Position numbers and translations under genes: made by a program
In this document: positions 7,849 through 16,677 of the stretch, one piece after another
Layout of the letters: each line of letters starts with the position of its first letter
Numbering within the stretch: position 1 is the stretch's first letter
Notes under the pieces: generated by a model
The model's input: only the letters and a program-made list of their open reading frames with translations
What the model was told of the DNA's origin: nothing
Database searches by the model: none
From: Clostridia bacterium
GTDB taxonomy: Bacteria; Bacillota; Clostridia; Christensenellales; CAG-314
Direction of reading: 5' to 3'
Length of the DNA stretch: 32,571 nt
NCBI GenBank assembly: GCA_045631385.1
Contig: JAZQUN010000067.1
Location: 1-32,571, forward strand

Positions 7849-8394
7849 TTGGAAACAATACTAAAGGCAAAGCAGGGCGACGTCAACGCCATGAACGAAA
7901 TTTGTACCGAATACAAAGGTTTGGTAAAAAGCATTGCTAACAAGTTCTATCTTGATGGTGGTGACAACGAAGACCTTTTGCAAGAAGGTATGATTGGTTT
8001 GTTTAAGGCTGTTGGCAACTACGACCCAGACAAAGGAGCATTTCCGTCCTTTGTAAAAACCTGCGTTTTGCGTCAAATAATTGGAGTAGTGAAGAAGGCA
8101 AACGACAACAAAAACCGAAGTTTGTCCAACTACGTCGAGCTGTCGCAAATATACGACCTAGCACAAATTGGTGGTACTCCACTTGACGTGCTAATCGAAA
8201 AGGAAGGCAGGGAGAAAATCCACAACATAATTCAAGAAAAACTTTCACCGCTGGAAAAGGAAGCATTTTTGCTCTTTATACTTGGATACAATTACGACGA
8301 AATTGGTACGGAATTGAACAAAAGTTACAAGTCGGTGGATGGCGCAATTCAGCGCGCAAGAAAAAAATTGCAACTCGTAGGGGGTAAAATATGA
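7849..8394 (+). CDS. sigH: RNA polymerase sigma factor SigH-like (sigma-70 family)
   Basis: EDLLQEGMIGLFKAVGNYDPDKGAFPSFVKTCVLRQI...NRSLSNYVEL resembles SigH regions 2-3. C-terminal HTH (GYNYDEIGTELNKSYKSVDGAIQRARKKL). The likely start is TTG 7849, preceded by AAGGGGA at 7834-7840. The track start 7789 overlaps rlmB by 56 nt. Confidence 0.8.
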   Translation: METILKAKQGDVNAMNEICTEYKGLVKSIANKFYLDGGDNEDLLQEGMIGLFKAVGNYDPDKGAFPSFVKTCVLRQIIGVVKKANDNKNRSLSNYVELSQIYDLAQIGGTPLDVLIEKEGREKIHNIIQEKLSPLEKEAFLLFILGYNYDEIGTELNKSYKSVDGAIQRARKKLQLVGGKI

Positions 8395-9863
8395 GCTACG
8401 TTGCGTTGTATCGCAAATACCGTCCCGATAACTTTGACGGAGTAATTGGGCAGGATCACATTGTAAATACGCTTAAAAACCAAATTGCAACGGGCAAGGT
8501 TTCGCACGCGTATTTGTTTTGTGGTACTCGTGGTACGGGTAAAACAAGTACTGCAAAGATTTTTGCTCGTGCAGTCAACTGTGTAGATAGTATCAACGGT
8601 AATCCATGTGGAAAGTGCCACGCTTGTCAAAAACTTGCCGAAGCCAACTTGGATATCATCGAAATGGACGCTGCGTCCAACAACGGTGTAGATTACGCAC
8701 GTGACATCCGTGAAAAAGTTCAGTACCCACCACAAATTGGCAAGTACAAAGTTTACATCATCGACGAAGTTCATATGCTTAGTCAAGGCGCGTTCAACGC
8801 TTTGCTAAAAACACTAGAAGAGCCACCTGCACACGCTTTGTTTATCTTGTGCACAACCGAAGTGCACAAAATACCAGCAACAATTTTGTCACGCTGCATG
8901 CGTTTCGACTTTAGACTTGTCCCAACCGAAATGCTAGCAAACCACGTTGCATCCATCTACGACAAGGAAGGCAAGTCCTACACCAAGGAAGCCGTTTTTG
9001 CCATTGCAACCGCGGGTGAAGGCAGTGTTCGTGACAGCTTGTCTATTGCAGATCGTTGCTACTCGCTTGGTCAAGGTCAGCTTACTTACGACGACGTAAT
9101 GAACATACTTGGCGTATCAAGCAGACAAGGCGTAAGCCAACTTGCAAGTGCGGTGCTATCCAACCAAGCAGGAGTGATCCTTCAAACTGTAGATATGCTT
9201 GTAAATCAAGGCAAGGATATTGGTAGACTTTGCAAGGATTTGCAAATCCATTTCAGAAACGTATTGGTAGCAAAGACATGTGCCAACGCGCAAAATCTTC
9301 TTTGCTTGCCAGCAGATGCATATGAACAAATTTGTCAAATGGCAAAAGACGTAACCGTACCAAAGTTGTTGTACGCTATCGACAGCCTAGCACGTATGGA
9401 AGCAGACTTGCGCTTTGCATTGTCACCATTGATGCTTTTTGAAGCAACACTTTTGCGTGTAGCATCTTCTAGTGGCGAAGTGGACGTAGAAGGTCTAGAG
9501 CGTCGTATTGCTAGACTAGAGCAACAACCTAAAAACTTGACAGCCGAAACAGTTGTGACGGTAGACCGTACCAGCTTTCAGTCCGTTTGGAGTGGTGTCA
9601 AGGTAGAGCTAGAGCGCCGCAACGAAAAGGTGTTGGTGGAAATCTGGAAGCAAATTGAAGCTAAACTAGACGGCAACACGTTTGTTGCCACATGTCAAAA
9701 GGGCTACTACGAGCTTATCCAAGGTGAGTACTTCAATATGCTACAAGACGTGATCAAAAAGATGGCGGGTCTAAACTTTAGACTAGCCCTAAAAGAAATA
9801 AAAACAGACAACGTTGACCAACAACTAAACAGCTTGGGAAGTAACGTTCAATTTAGTAAATAA
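8391..9863 (+). CDS. dnaX: DNA polymerase III subunit gamma/tau
   Basis: Walker A GTRGTGKTS, Zn module CGKCHACQ, Walker B YIIDEVHML, sensor motifs ILSRCMRFDF and GSVRDSLS. Confidence 0.93.
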   Translation: MSYVALYRKYRPDNFDGVIGQDHIVNTLKNQIATGKVSHAYLFCGTRGTGKTSTAKIFARAVNCVDSINGNPCGKCHACQKLAEANLDIIEMDAASNNGVDYARDIREKVQYPPQIGKYKVYIIDEVHMLSQGAFNALLKTLEEPPAHALFILCTTEVHKIPATILSRCMRFDFRLVPTEMLANHVASIYDKEGKSYTKEAVFAIATAGEGSVRDSLSIADRCYSLGQGQLTYDDVMNILGVSSRQGVSQLASAVLSNQAGVILQTVDMLVNQGKDIGRLCKDLQIHFRNVLVAKTCANAQNLLCLPADAYEQICQMAKDVTVPKLLYAIDSLARMEADLRFALSPLMLFEATLLRVASSSGEVDVEGLERRIARLEQQPKNLTAETVVTVDRTSFQSVWSGVKVELERRNEKVLVEIWKQIEAKLDGNTFVATCQKGYYELIQGEYFNMLQDVIKKMAGLNFRLALKEIKTDNVDQQLNSLGSNVQFSK

Positions 9864-9881
9864 TCAAGGAGAAACATAACA

Positions 9882-10226
9882 ATGGGAAACAAATACGGAT
9901 ACAATGGTAAAATGGGCGGTGGCGCAGGCGGAATGCAAAACCTAATGAAGCAAGCTCAACAAATGCAACAAAAGTTGATTGAAGCTCAACAACAACTAGC
10001 AGAGCTAGAAGTTGTTGGTAGCGCAAGCGGTGGCATGGTAAACGTTACTTGCAACGGCAAAAAAGAAATTTTGGCTGTATCCATCAAGCCGGAAGCAGTT
10101 GATCCTGATGACGTAGAAATGCTAGAAGATTTGGTTTTGGCTGCTATCAACGATGCTTACAGCAAGGCAAAGGTAGAAGAAGACAAATTGATGGCTCCAT
10201 TTGCCGCAATGAAAGGTTTGATGTAA
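9882..10226 (+). CDS. ybaB: Nucleoid-associated protein YbaB/EbfC
   Basis: MQNLMKQAQQMQQKL...GGMVNVTCNGKKEILAVSIKPEAVDPDDVEMLEDLVLAAINDA is typical of the family. Sits in the conserved dnaX-ybaB-recR order. Confidence 0.92.
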   Translation: MGNKYGYNGKMGGGAGGMQNLMKQAQQMQQKLIEAQQQLAELEVVGSASGGMVNVTCNGKKEILAVSIKPEAVDPDDVEMLEDLVLAAINDAYSKAKVEEDKLMAPFAAMKGLM

Positions 10227-10227
10227 T

Positions 10228-10815
10228 ATGAAAGTAACCGAACCTATTGCAAAACTTGTAAACGAGTTTAGCAAATTACCTGGCGTTGGTAAAAAAACTG
10301 CTCAACGCTACGCTTTGTGCGTGCTTAATATGAGCGAACAACAAGTGGCTAACTTTGCAAATGCTTTGGTCGAAACAAAGCAAAGCGTAAAAATGTGTTC
10401 GGTGTGTGGCAATTTGACGGAAAGTGACCCATGTCACATCTGTTCAACTCGCAACAACCGTGTAATTTGCGTTGTAAAGGAAGTAAAGGACGTAATGGCA
10501 ATAGAACGCATGGGCGAGTACAAAGGCGTTTACCACGTGCTTGGCGGCGTAATAGACCCATTGCACGGTGTCAACGTATCCGACGTACGCATTGCTCCGT
10601 TGTTTGAGCGTCTTGCAGGCGACGTGGACGAAGTAATTTTGGCATTGGATACAACGGCCGAGGGAGAAGCAACGTCCACATACATTGCTCGTACGGTAAA
10701 GACGTTTGGCATCAAGGTTACACGTCTTGCACAAGGCATATCCATTGGTAGTGAGTTGCAGTACACTGACGAAGTAACACTTTCTAAGGCGTTTACTAAC
10801 CGCAGAGAGTTGTAA
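10228..10815 (+). CDS. recR: Recombination protein RecR
   Basis: HhH LPGVGKKTAQRYA, C4 zinc finger CSVCGNLTESDPCHIC, Toprim region (VICVVKEVKDVMAIE), C-terminal LAQGISIGSELQYTD. Confidence 0.95.
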   Translation: MKVTEPIAKLVNEFSKLPGVGKKTAQRYALCVLNMSEQQVANFANALVETKQSVKMCSVCGNLTESDPCHICSTRNNRVICVVKEVKDVMAIERMGEYKGVYHVLGGVIDPLHGVNVSDVRIAPLFERLAGDVDEVILALDTTAEGEATSTYIARTVKTFGIKVTRLAQGISIGSELQYTDEVTLSKAFTNRREL

Positions 10816-10826
10816 AACAAGCAAAT

Positions 10827-10862
10827 AAAAAAGGGATTGACAAGCAGTCAATCCCTTTTTGT
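10827..10862. terminator. Bidirectional rho-independent terminator after recR and the convergent 88-aa gene
   Basis: A-tract, GGGATTGAC / GTCAATCCC stem, TTTTT. Confidence 0.85.
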
Positions 10863-10871
10863 GTTGTACGG

Positions 10872-11138
10872 TTACTTTTTCTTTTTTTCTATTACAAACT
10901 CCAACTCCATGTAGTCAAAGTCAACGCTTTCTACAAAGTCGCGTGGCTTAAACTTTACGTGGTTAAACGCAAAGAAGTGGCGAAGATTTGTTTTTGTAAC
11001 TAATGGCGATGGTAAATCCAAGTTTTGACAAACTTGATACAGCGTTTCGTCAAAGTTTTTTTCGTCAATTACTGGTTGCTCGTGCAAGATGCTGCGAGTA
11101 ATCTTTTCGCCTAGTACTGTTTTTACCCAAATTTTCAT
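10872..11138 (-). CDS. Hypothetical small cytoplasmic protein (88 aa)
   Basis: AGGAGA RBS 7 nt before the ATG. It sits between a terminator and a divergent promoter region and has a Lys-rich C-terminus. I recognise no family. Confidence 0.6.
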   Translation of the reverse strand: MKIWVKTVLGEKITRSILHEQPVIDEKNFDETLYQVCQNLDLPSPLVTKTNLRHFFAFNHVKFKPRDFVESVDFDYMELEFVIEKKKK

Positions 11139-11219
11139 AGCAGTTTCTCCTATAGTTACTACATTGTAGCAAACAAATGCAAATTTGTGTAGTTTTTTCG
11201 TGTAATTTTTTGGTTGTTA

Positions 11220-11248
11220 TTGCCAATTTTTTTGGCCTGTGGTATAAT
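11220..11248 (+). promoter_or_regulatory. Sigma-A-type promoter for mtnN (TTGCCA-17 nt-TGgTATAAT)
   Basis: -35 at 11220-11225 and extended -10 TGGTATAAT ending at 11248. AAAGGAGA RBS lies before ATG 11270. Confidence 0.55.
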
Positions 11249-11269
11249 TGTGCAAAGGAGACTTGACTT

Positions 11270-11944
11270 ATGAAAATAGGAATTGTTGTAGCAATGCAAA
11301 AGGAACTTGATCCATTTTTGCAAAACAAACAGGTAGTAGTAGAAAAGGTACACAACTTTGACGTGTACAAGTTTGATATGGCAGGCAAGCAAATCTTTGC
11401 AGTACTGCCTATGTCGGTAGGCGAAATTTGTGCAGCAAGTGCAACCCAAATGCTAATTACCAAGTACGACGTTGATGCCATCATCAACTTTGGCGTAGTG
11501 GGAGCACTTACGGAAGAAATATCCTTGTGCTCAATGATGTTGGTAGATAGCGTAGTGCATCACCAGTTTGATACAACTGCCATTGGTGAAGAGCTTGCTA
11601 GATACAACTGCTTTGACTCTCGCGAAATTTATACAGACCGCAACTTGTTGGCGTTGGCTCAACAGGTAGATTCCAGCTTGCCTTTGGTGCGTTGTGCATC
11701 GGGTGACAAGTTTGTAGATAAGATGGAAGAAAAGCAATTTTTGCACAACACTTTTGGCGCACATATTTGCGAAATGGAAGCAGCGGGCATCACAATTTGT
11801 TGTAAGCTAAACGACGTGCCTTGCTTGCTAGTCAAGGTTGTGTCCGACAGTTTGACGGGTGGCGCTGGCGAGTTTATGGAAAACGTACACTTGGCAAGCC
11901 AACGCTTTGCAAGCTTTGTAGACCAACTTTTGCAACAAATGTAG
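11270..11944 (+). CDS. mtnN: 5'-methylthioadenosine/S-adenosylhomocysteine nucleosidase
   Basis: PNP/UDP-1 fold pattern: MKIGIVVAMQKE, FGVVGAL, CASGDKFV, CEMEAAGI. Confidence 0.85.
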   Translation: MKIGIVVAMQKELDPFLQNKQVVVEKVHNFDVYKFDMAGKQIFAVLPMSVGEICAASATQMLITKYDVDAIINFGVVGALTEEISLCSMMLVDSVVHHQFDTTAIGEELARYNCFDSREIYTDRNLLALAQQVDSSLPLVRCASGDKFVDKMEEKQFLHNTFGAHICEMEAAGITICCKLNDVPCLLVKVVSDSLTGGAGEFMENVHLASQRFASFVDQLLQQM

Positions 11945-11954
11945 AGAGGACTAT

Positions 11955-12962
11955 ATGAAACCACTTGATAAAGAAATTTTGAAGGAGTTTTTTAAACAAA
12001 CTTTTTCATTGTTGGATAGAGATGAAGCTACACAGCTTCTGAAAGATAAAGGCTACATTACCGACGAAGGCTTTGTGGTTCACAAATTTTCGGACGAAGT
12101 GTTTGAATTGGGCGAAAGAGAAATTTGTCCGTTTGATAAAGGTGTTTTGGCGTTGCTTTTTGATATGAAAAAGCACGGTTCACTGGTATGGTTAAATTTA
12201 ATTGTACCAGCAAAAGATGACGAAGGAGAATATCGTTCGTATTCGGTGGACTTAAGCAACAACGAATTGTACAATTTGCTGTACGTAGCATTTGATTCGG
12301 TATACGATGCTGTACCCGTTACTTTTTTGTTGTACAATACCGATATGTTTTGCGACTTGATGTATCAATACAAAGATGTAGAGAGTATGCGAAAAGCATT
12401 AGTTCCAGCTGAAAAAAATGCCTATTCGTGGGCACCTAATGCTGGCTGTATACAACTTTCTCTTCAAAAATATTTGTATTTCAAACCGTTTGTTAAGTAC
12501 AACTCTGCAATTCAGCAAGAATATTACGAAGATTTCTTCCCCGTATTTCAAAAAATGTTTTTGGATGGTGCTACCGAGCCTGCAAGGGTGGTAAGCCTAA
12601 ATCCATTTGTCGTTTCATGTTATTCTGGAAATCTTGATTGCGTTCGCTTGTTGCGTTTTCCTATCAAGATAGCGGAAAAGTACAATCTTCAAGTGGGAGA
12701 TAAGCTTATTACTGTAAATCACTATCAAGCGGGAATTTATGACTATCCAGAAGATTTAATTATTGGCGAAAATGCAACTAAAAATTGGATAGATTTCGTA
12801 CCAAAGGTAGCACTGTTTTTTGCGGAAAACGAAAAATTTTGCAAATTTAAAGTAAAGCTTATTTCGCCTAATAAGTGGGAGCGTTTGGACAAATTGACGC
12901 AAGAATATATCGAGCAAAAGCCGGGCGTTGTCAGCAATGGACTAGACTTTTTGTTGATCTAG
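11955..12962 (+). CDS. Hypothetical protein (335 aa), no recognisable catalytic motif; AT-rich gene
   Basis: Long ORF with a GAGAGGA RBS starting 11 nt after the mtnN stop. No Walker, HExxH, HNH or PLD-type motifs seen. Its composition is clearly more AT-rich than its neighbours. Confidence 0.75.
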   Translation: MKPLDKEILKEFFKQTFSLLDRDEATQLLKDKGYITDEGFVVHKFSDEVFELGEREICPFDKGVLALLFDMKKHGSLVWLNLIVPAKDDEGEYRSYSVDLSNNELYNLLYVAFDSVYDAVPVTFLLYNTDMFCDLMYQYKDVESMRKALVPAEKNAYSWAPNAGCIQLSLQKYLYFKPFVKYNSAIQQEYYEDFFPVFQKMFLDGATEPARVVSLNPFVVSCYSGNLDCVRLLRFPIKIAEKYNLQVGDKLITVNHYQAGIYDYPEDLIIGENATKNWIDFVPKVALFFAENEKFCKFKVKLISPNKWERLDKLTQEYIEQKPGVVSNGLDFLLI

Positions 12963-12972
12963 GGGGTACGCC

Positions 12973-13410
12973 GTGTTTGGAAGAGTTAAAAAATTAAGAC
13001 AGCAAGTCTTAAACTTTTTGAAAGAAAAAGATAAAATTGACGAAAGAGAGCTGTTTATTGGATGTTCGTCTTTGCGATGTGTACCATTGTTTCCAAATCA
13101 AAAGGAGCGAGTAGAAGATAAACTCCCCGATGACTATTTGATGAGTCTTAAGGGCGAGTATTTGCATTTTTATGCAACTTCACTTCCCGATGTTTCTGTA
13201 CGTTGTTACATGGGGCGTATCAATATCAATCGTTTGGAGTTTGTACCCAAAAATACAAATGAAAAGGTAACTTATCGTTTCAAGTTGACATTGTTAGATG
13301 GGGGAATCGCTTCGTTATATGTTGTCACTTATGACAAAAAGTCAATGCTAAAGTTGTTGGACATTATTGAAAAAACTAAAAGTAAATCAAAACAACAGGA
13401 TAAATTATGA
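12973..13410 (+). CDS. Hypothetical protein (145 aa); beta-rich core plus C-terminal helix, possibly PH-like
   Basis: GTG start 6 nt after an AGGGGG RBS. Its stop overlaps the next gene's ATG (ATGA at 13407-13410). The PH-like idea rests only on the strand/helix pattern (YLHFYATS...VTYRFKLTLLDGGIASLYVV...MLKLLDIIEK). Confidence 0.65.
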   Translation: MFGRVKKLRQQVLNFLKEKDKIDERELFIGCSSLRCVPLFPNQKERVEDKLPDDYLMSLKGEYLHFYATSLPDVSVRCYMGRININRLEFVPKNTNEKVTYRFKLTLLDGGIASLYVVTYDKKSMLKLLDIIEKTKSKSKQQDKL

Positions 13411-14603
13411 GCGAAAAGACAAAAGTTGCCGTTGTATCGGCAAGCGAGTACGAGCAAGGTCAAATTGACGTTGCAGTAGACAACTTAATAAATCAACTTG
13501 GTGGCATGGAAGCCTTTGTTCCACAAGGCGCAAAAGTGCTTATCAAGGCAAACTTGGTGAGAGATATGTCACCAGATCAAGCTGGCACAACACACCCTAC
13601 CGTTATCATTGCGTTAGTTAAACTGCTAGAAAAACTTGGCGCAAAGGTTGTAGTGGGCGACAGTAGTGGCGGTGCGTACACCAAGGGCTACATGAACGTT
13701 GTCTACAACAAATGCAAGATGACGGACGTTGCCAAGGCTACAAGCGCAACTCTCAACGAAGACTTTGATTTTCAACGTGCCGAAATTGGTGGTGTAAAGA
13801 TCAAAAACGTAGATATATGCAACAGCTTTTTCAACGCCGACGTAGTAATCAACGTAGGTAAGCTTAAGACGCACTCCTTTACAGGCTACAGCGGAGCGGT
13901 AAAAAACAACTACGGTTTGCTCCCAGGACTAGTCAAGGTAGAAATTCACAGCCGTTTCCCTGATTTGTGGGATTTTTGCGATGCTTTGGTGGATATCGAG
14001 CAGTTTTCTAGCCAAAAGGTGGTGCTAAACGTAATTGATGCAGTAATCGGTATGGAAGGGGCAGGCCCAACCAACGGCAAGCCAAAGCATATCGGCAAAC
14101 TTATTGCATCTGCTAACCCATATCTTTGTGACGTGGTGGCAGTAAGTTTGTTTGACGATCCGTTTGCTCAACCGCTTTTGCAAAAGGCAGTAGAGCGTGG
14201 CATGTTGGATAAGGAATTGACCAACCTAGACTTTGATCTGGACAGTCTAAAACCCGACTATATGGCGGATTTTGACAGGGTAGAAGTTGTATCTACCAAC
14301 ACCTTTTTGAACATGCCAAAGTGGATGAAGCGTCTTGCAAAGAGATACCTTACTCCAAAGGTAAAAATCAACAAAAAGCGTTGCAAGGCGTGTCGCAAAT
14401 GTGCCGACCATTGTCCCGCAAAGGCTATTACTATTGAAAAACTTGCCAAAGTCAACCAAAAGGATTGTATTAGATGTTTTTGTTGTCAAGAGTTGTGTCC
14501 GTTTGACGCAGTCAAGCTCAAAAAATCTTGGATATATCGCCTAATTCGTGCGCTTTCTCACACCAAACGCAAAAAAGACGGAAGTGTTGAAACAGTTGAC
14601 TAA
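13407..14603 (+). CDS. DUF362 domain protein with C-terminal 2x[4Fe-4S] ferredoxin domain
   Basis: DUF362-like N-terminal body (VLIKANLV, LKTHSFTGYSGAVKNNYG, VIDAVIGMEGAGP). The C-terminus has CKACRKCADHCP and CIRCFCCQELCP cluster motifs. Confidence 0.85.
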   Translation: MSEKTKVAVVSASEYEQGQIDVAVDNLINQLGGMEAFVPQGAKVLIKANLVRDMSPDQAGTTHPTVIIALVKLLEKLGAKVVVGDSSGGAYTKGYMNVVYNKCKMTDVAKATSATLNEDFDFQRAEIGGVKIKNVDICNSFFNADVVINVGKLKTHSFTGYSGAVKNNYGLLPGLVKVEIHSRFPDLWDFCDALVDIEQFSSQKVVLNVIDAVIGMEGAGPTNGKPKHIGKLIASANPYLCDVVAVSLFDDPFAQPLLQKAVERGMLDKELTNLDFDLDSLKPDYMADFDRVEVVSTNTFLNMPKWMKRLAKRYLTPKVKINKKRCKACRKCADHCPAKAITIEKLAKVNQKDCIRCFCCQELCPFDAVKLKKSWIYRLIRALSHTKRKKDGSVETVD

Positions 14604-14624
14604 TATATAAAGATGTAGTATAAT
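14596..14624 (+). promoter_or_regulatory. Sigma-A-type promoter upstream of greA (TTGACT-17 nt-TATAAT)
   Basis: -35 TTGACT at 14596-14601 overlaps the stop codon of the DUF362 gene. -10 TATAAT at 14619-14624. Confidence 0.55.
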
Positions 14625-14640
14625 TTATAAAAAATAAGCA

Positions 14641-14666
14641 AAAGAGCCTGTGAAAACGGGCTTTTT
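14641..14666 (+). terminator. Intrinsic terminator-like hairpin lying inside the greA leader
   Basis: AGCCTG / CGGGCT 6-bp stem (one G-U pair), 6-nt loop, then TTTTT. It lies downstream of the 14596-14624 promoter and upstream of the greA RBS (AAAGGAGA). Confidence 0.5.
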
Positions 14667-14695
14667 GCGTTGCATTAAGCAAAAAGGAGATAATT

Positions 14696-15142
14696 ATGGC
14701 AGAAGTACTATTGACCGAAGTTGGTTACAAAGGAATGCAAGAGAGACTTAAGTTTTTGAAGGAAGTAGAACGTGCAAACGTTGCTGAAGAAATCAAAGTT
14801 GCTCGTGGATTTGGCGACCTTTCGGAAAATGCCGAATATGACGCAGCAAAGAAAAGACAAGCAGAAGTAGAAAGCGAAATTTTGGAGCTTGAAGCTCAAC
14901 TTTCCGTTGCAAAAATTATTCGTGCTAGTGAAGTAGAATTTTGTGAAATTGTAAACGGTAAAGAAACCGCATCAAAAAGCTACAAAATCGTAGGTACTGC
15001 CGAAGCAGATTTGTCCAAGGGCTGTATCAGCGACGAATCTCCTGTAGGTAAGGCACTTTCTAGCAGCAAGGCAGGCGAAACTGTAGAAGTAAAATTGCCA
15101 AGCGGCAGAGTAAAAACCCTAAAAATTTTGAGTGTTAAGTAA
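14696..15142 (+). CDS. greA: Transcription elongation factor GreA
   Basis: LKFLKEVERANVAEEIKVARGFGDLSENAEYDAAK coiled-coil and a C-terminal FKBP-like domain (ISDESPVGKALSSSKAGETVEVKLPSG). Confidence 0.93.
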   Translation: MAEVLLTEVGYKGMQERLKFLKEVERANVAEEIKVARGFGDLSENAEYDAAKKRQAEVESEILELEAQLSVAKIIRASEVEFCEIVNGKETASKSYKIVGTAEADLSKGCISDESPVGKALSSSKAGETVEVKLPSGRVKTLKILSVK

Positions 15143-15158
15143 TCAAGGGGAAATACCA

Positions 15159-16667
15159 ATGAGTAATCAACCACAAAACAAGCCAGTAGCAGTAGAGCAA
15201 GACTTAAACGACATCTTGCGTGTTCGTCGTGAAAAGCTTGCAAAGCTTACAGAAGAAGGCAACAACCCATATCAAGTTACCAAGTTTGAAAAGACACACC
15301 TTTCTCAAGATATCATCGACAACTTTGAGCAACTAGAAGGTCAACGCGTATCTATCGCTGGCCGTATGGTAAGCCGTCGTGTAATGGGTAAGGCAAGTTT
15401 CTGTCACGTATTGGATGGCGCAGGCAAAATCCAACTTTACGTTAAGCGTGATGACGTTGGCGTAGACGAATACATGGCATTCAAATCTTGGGACATTGGC
15501 GATATCATCGGCGCAACAGGTATTGTATTCCGCACACAAATGGGCGAAATTTCTTTGCACCTAGAAAGCCTTTGTTTGCTATCCAAGTCACTTTTGCCAC
15601 TTCCAGAAAAGTACCACGGCTTGACAAATACAGATATCAGATACCGTCAACGCTACGTTGACTTGATCGTCAACCCAGAAGTAAAGGATACTTTTGTAAA
15701 GCGTAGCCGTATCTTGAAGGAAATCCGTGCATTTTTGGATAACCGTGGCTACATCGAAGTAGACACACCAGTACTTCACACTTTGGAAATTGGCGCAAAC
15801 GCTCGTCCTTTCAAGACACACCACAACAGCTTGGATTTGGATATGTACTTGCGTATCGAAACCGAGTTGTACCTAAAGCGTTTGATCGTTGGTGGCTTTG
15901 AAAAGGTTTACGAAGTAGGCCGTATCTTCCGTAACGAAGGTATGGATGCTAGCCACAACCCAGAGTTTACGTCTATTGAAATGTACCAAGCATACAGCAA
16001 CTACAAAGACATGATGGATCTAATTGAAGAAATGTACCGTCACGTAACACGTGTTGTTGTAGGCAAGGACGTAATCACCTACCAAGGTGTCGAAATTGAC
16101 ATGTGCTCTCCATGGGAAAGACTTACTATGGTAGAAGCTGTTAAGAAGTACGCTGGCGTAGATTACAACGAATGGGCTACCGATGCTGACGCTGTTGCTT
16201 GCGCAAAGGCTCACAACGTAGAGCTAGACAAAGAAGCGGCTGCAACAAAGGGCAACGTGCTAATTGCATTCTTTGAAGCATTTGTAGAAGACAAGCTTAT
16301 TCAACCAACCATCATCTACGACTACCCAGTAGAAAACTCTCCTTTGGCAAAGCGCAAGGCGGATAACCCTGCATTTACCGAAAGATTTGAGTACTTTATC
16401 TACGCAAGAGAAATGGGTAACGCATTTAGCGAATTGAACGACCCTATCGACCAAAAGGCACGTTTTGTGGCTCAAGTAGAAGCAAAGCGTAAGGCTGGCA
16501 ACATGACAGCGGAAGTGGACGAAGACTTTGTTACAGCACTAGAATACGGTTTGCCACCAACGGGTGGTTTGGGTCTTGGCCTAGACCGTTTGGTAATGCT
16601 ACTAACAGACAGCTCTACAATTCGCGACGTATTGTTGTTCCCAACAATGAAGCCAATCAGCAAGTAA
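15159..16667 (+). CDS. lysS: Lysine--tRNA ligase (class II)
   Basis: OB-fold N-domain and class II motifs (RIFRNEGMDASHNPEFTSIE, GLPPTGGLGLGLDRLVMLL). AAGGGGA RBS lies before ATG 15159; the track start 15132 overlaps greA. greA-lysS order is conserved. Confidence 0.95.
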   Translation: MSNQPQNKPVAVEQDLNDILRVRREKLAKLTEEGNNPYQVTKFEKTHLSQDIIDNFEQLEGQRVSIAGRMVSRRVMGKASFCHVLDGAGKIQLYVKRDDVGVDEYMAFKSWDIGDIIGATGIVFRTQMGEISLHLESLCLLSKSLLPLPEKYHGLTNTDIRYRQRYVDLIVNPEVKDTFVKRSRILKEIRAFLDNRGYIEVDTPVLHTLEIGANARPFKTHHNSLDLDMYLRIETELYLKRLIVGGFEKVYEVGRIFRNEGMDASHNPEFTSIEMYQAYSNYKDMMDLIEEMYRHVTRVVVGKDVITYQGVEIDMCSPWERLTMVEAVKKYAGVDYNEWATDADAVACAKAHNVELDKEAAATKGNVLIAFFEAFVEDKLIQPTIIYDYPVENSPLAKRKADNPAFTERFEYFIYAREMGNAFSELNDPIDQKARFVAQVEAKRKAGNMTAEVDEDFVTALEYGLPPTGGLGLGLDRLVMLLTDSSTIRDVLLFPTMKPISK

Positions 16668-16677
16668 GGAAAAAGCT

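Noticed and set aside
8349-8786. 145-aa minus-strand ORF overlapping the dnaX 5' region
   Set aside because: It is antisense to the dnaX Walker A/Zn-module region. It has no RBS or promoter context, so it is a shadow ORF.
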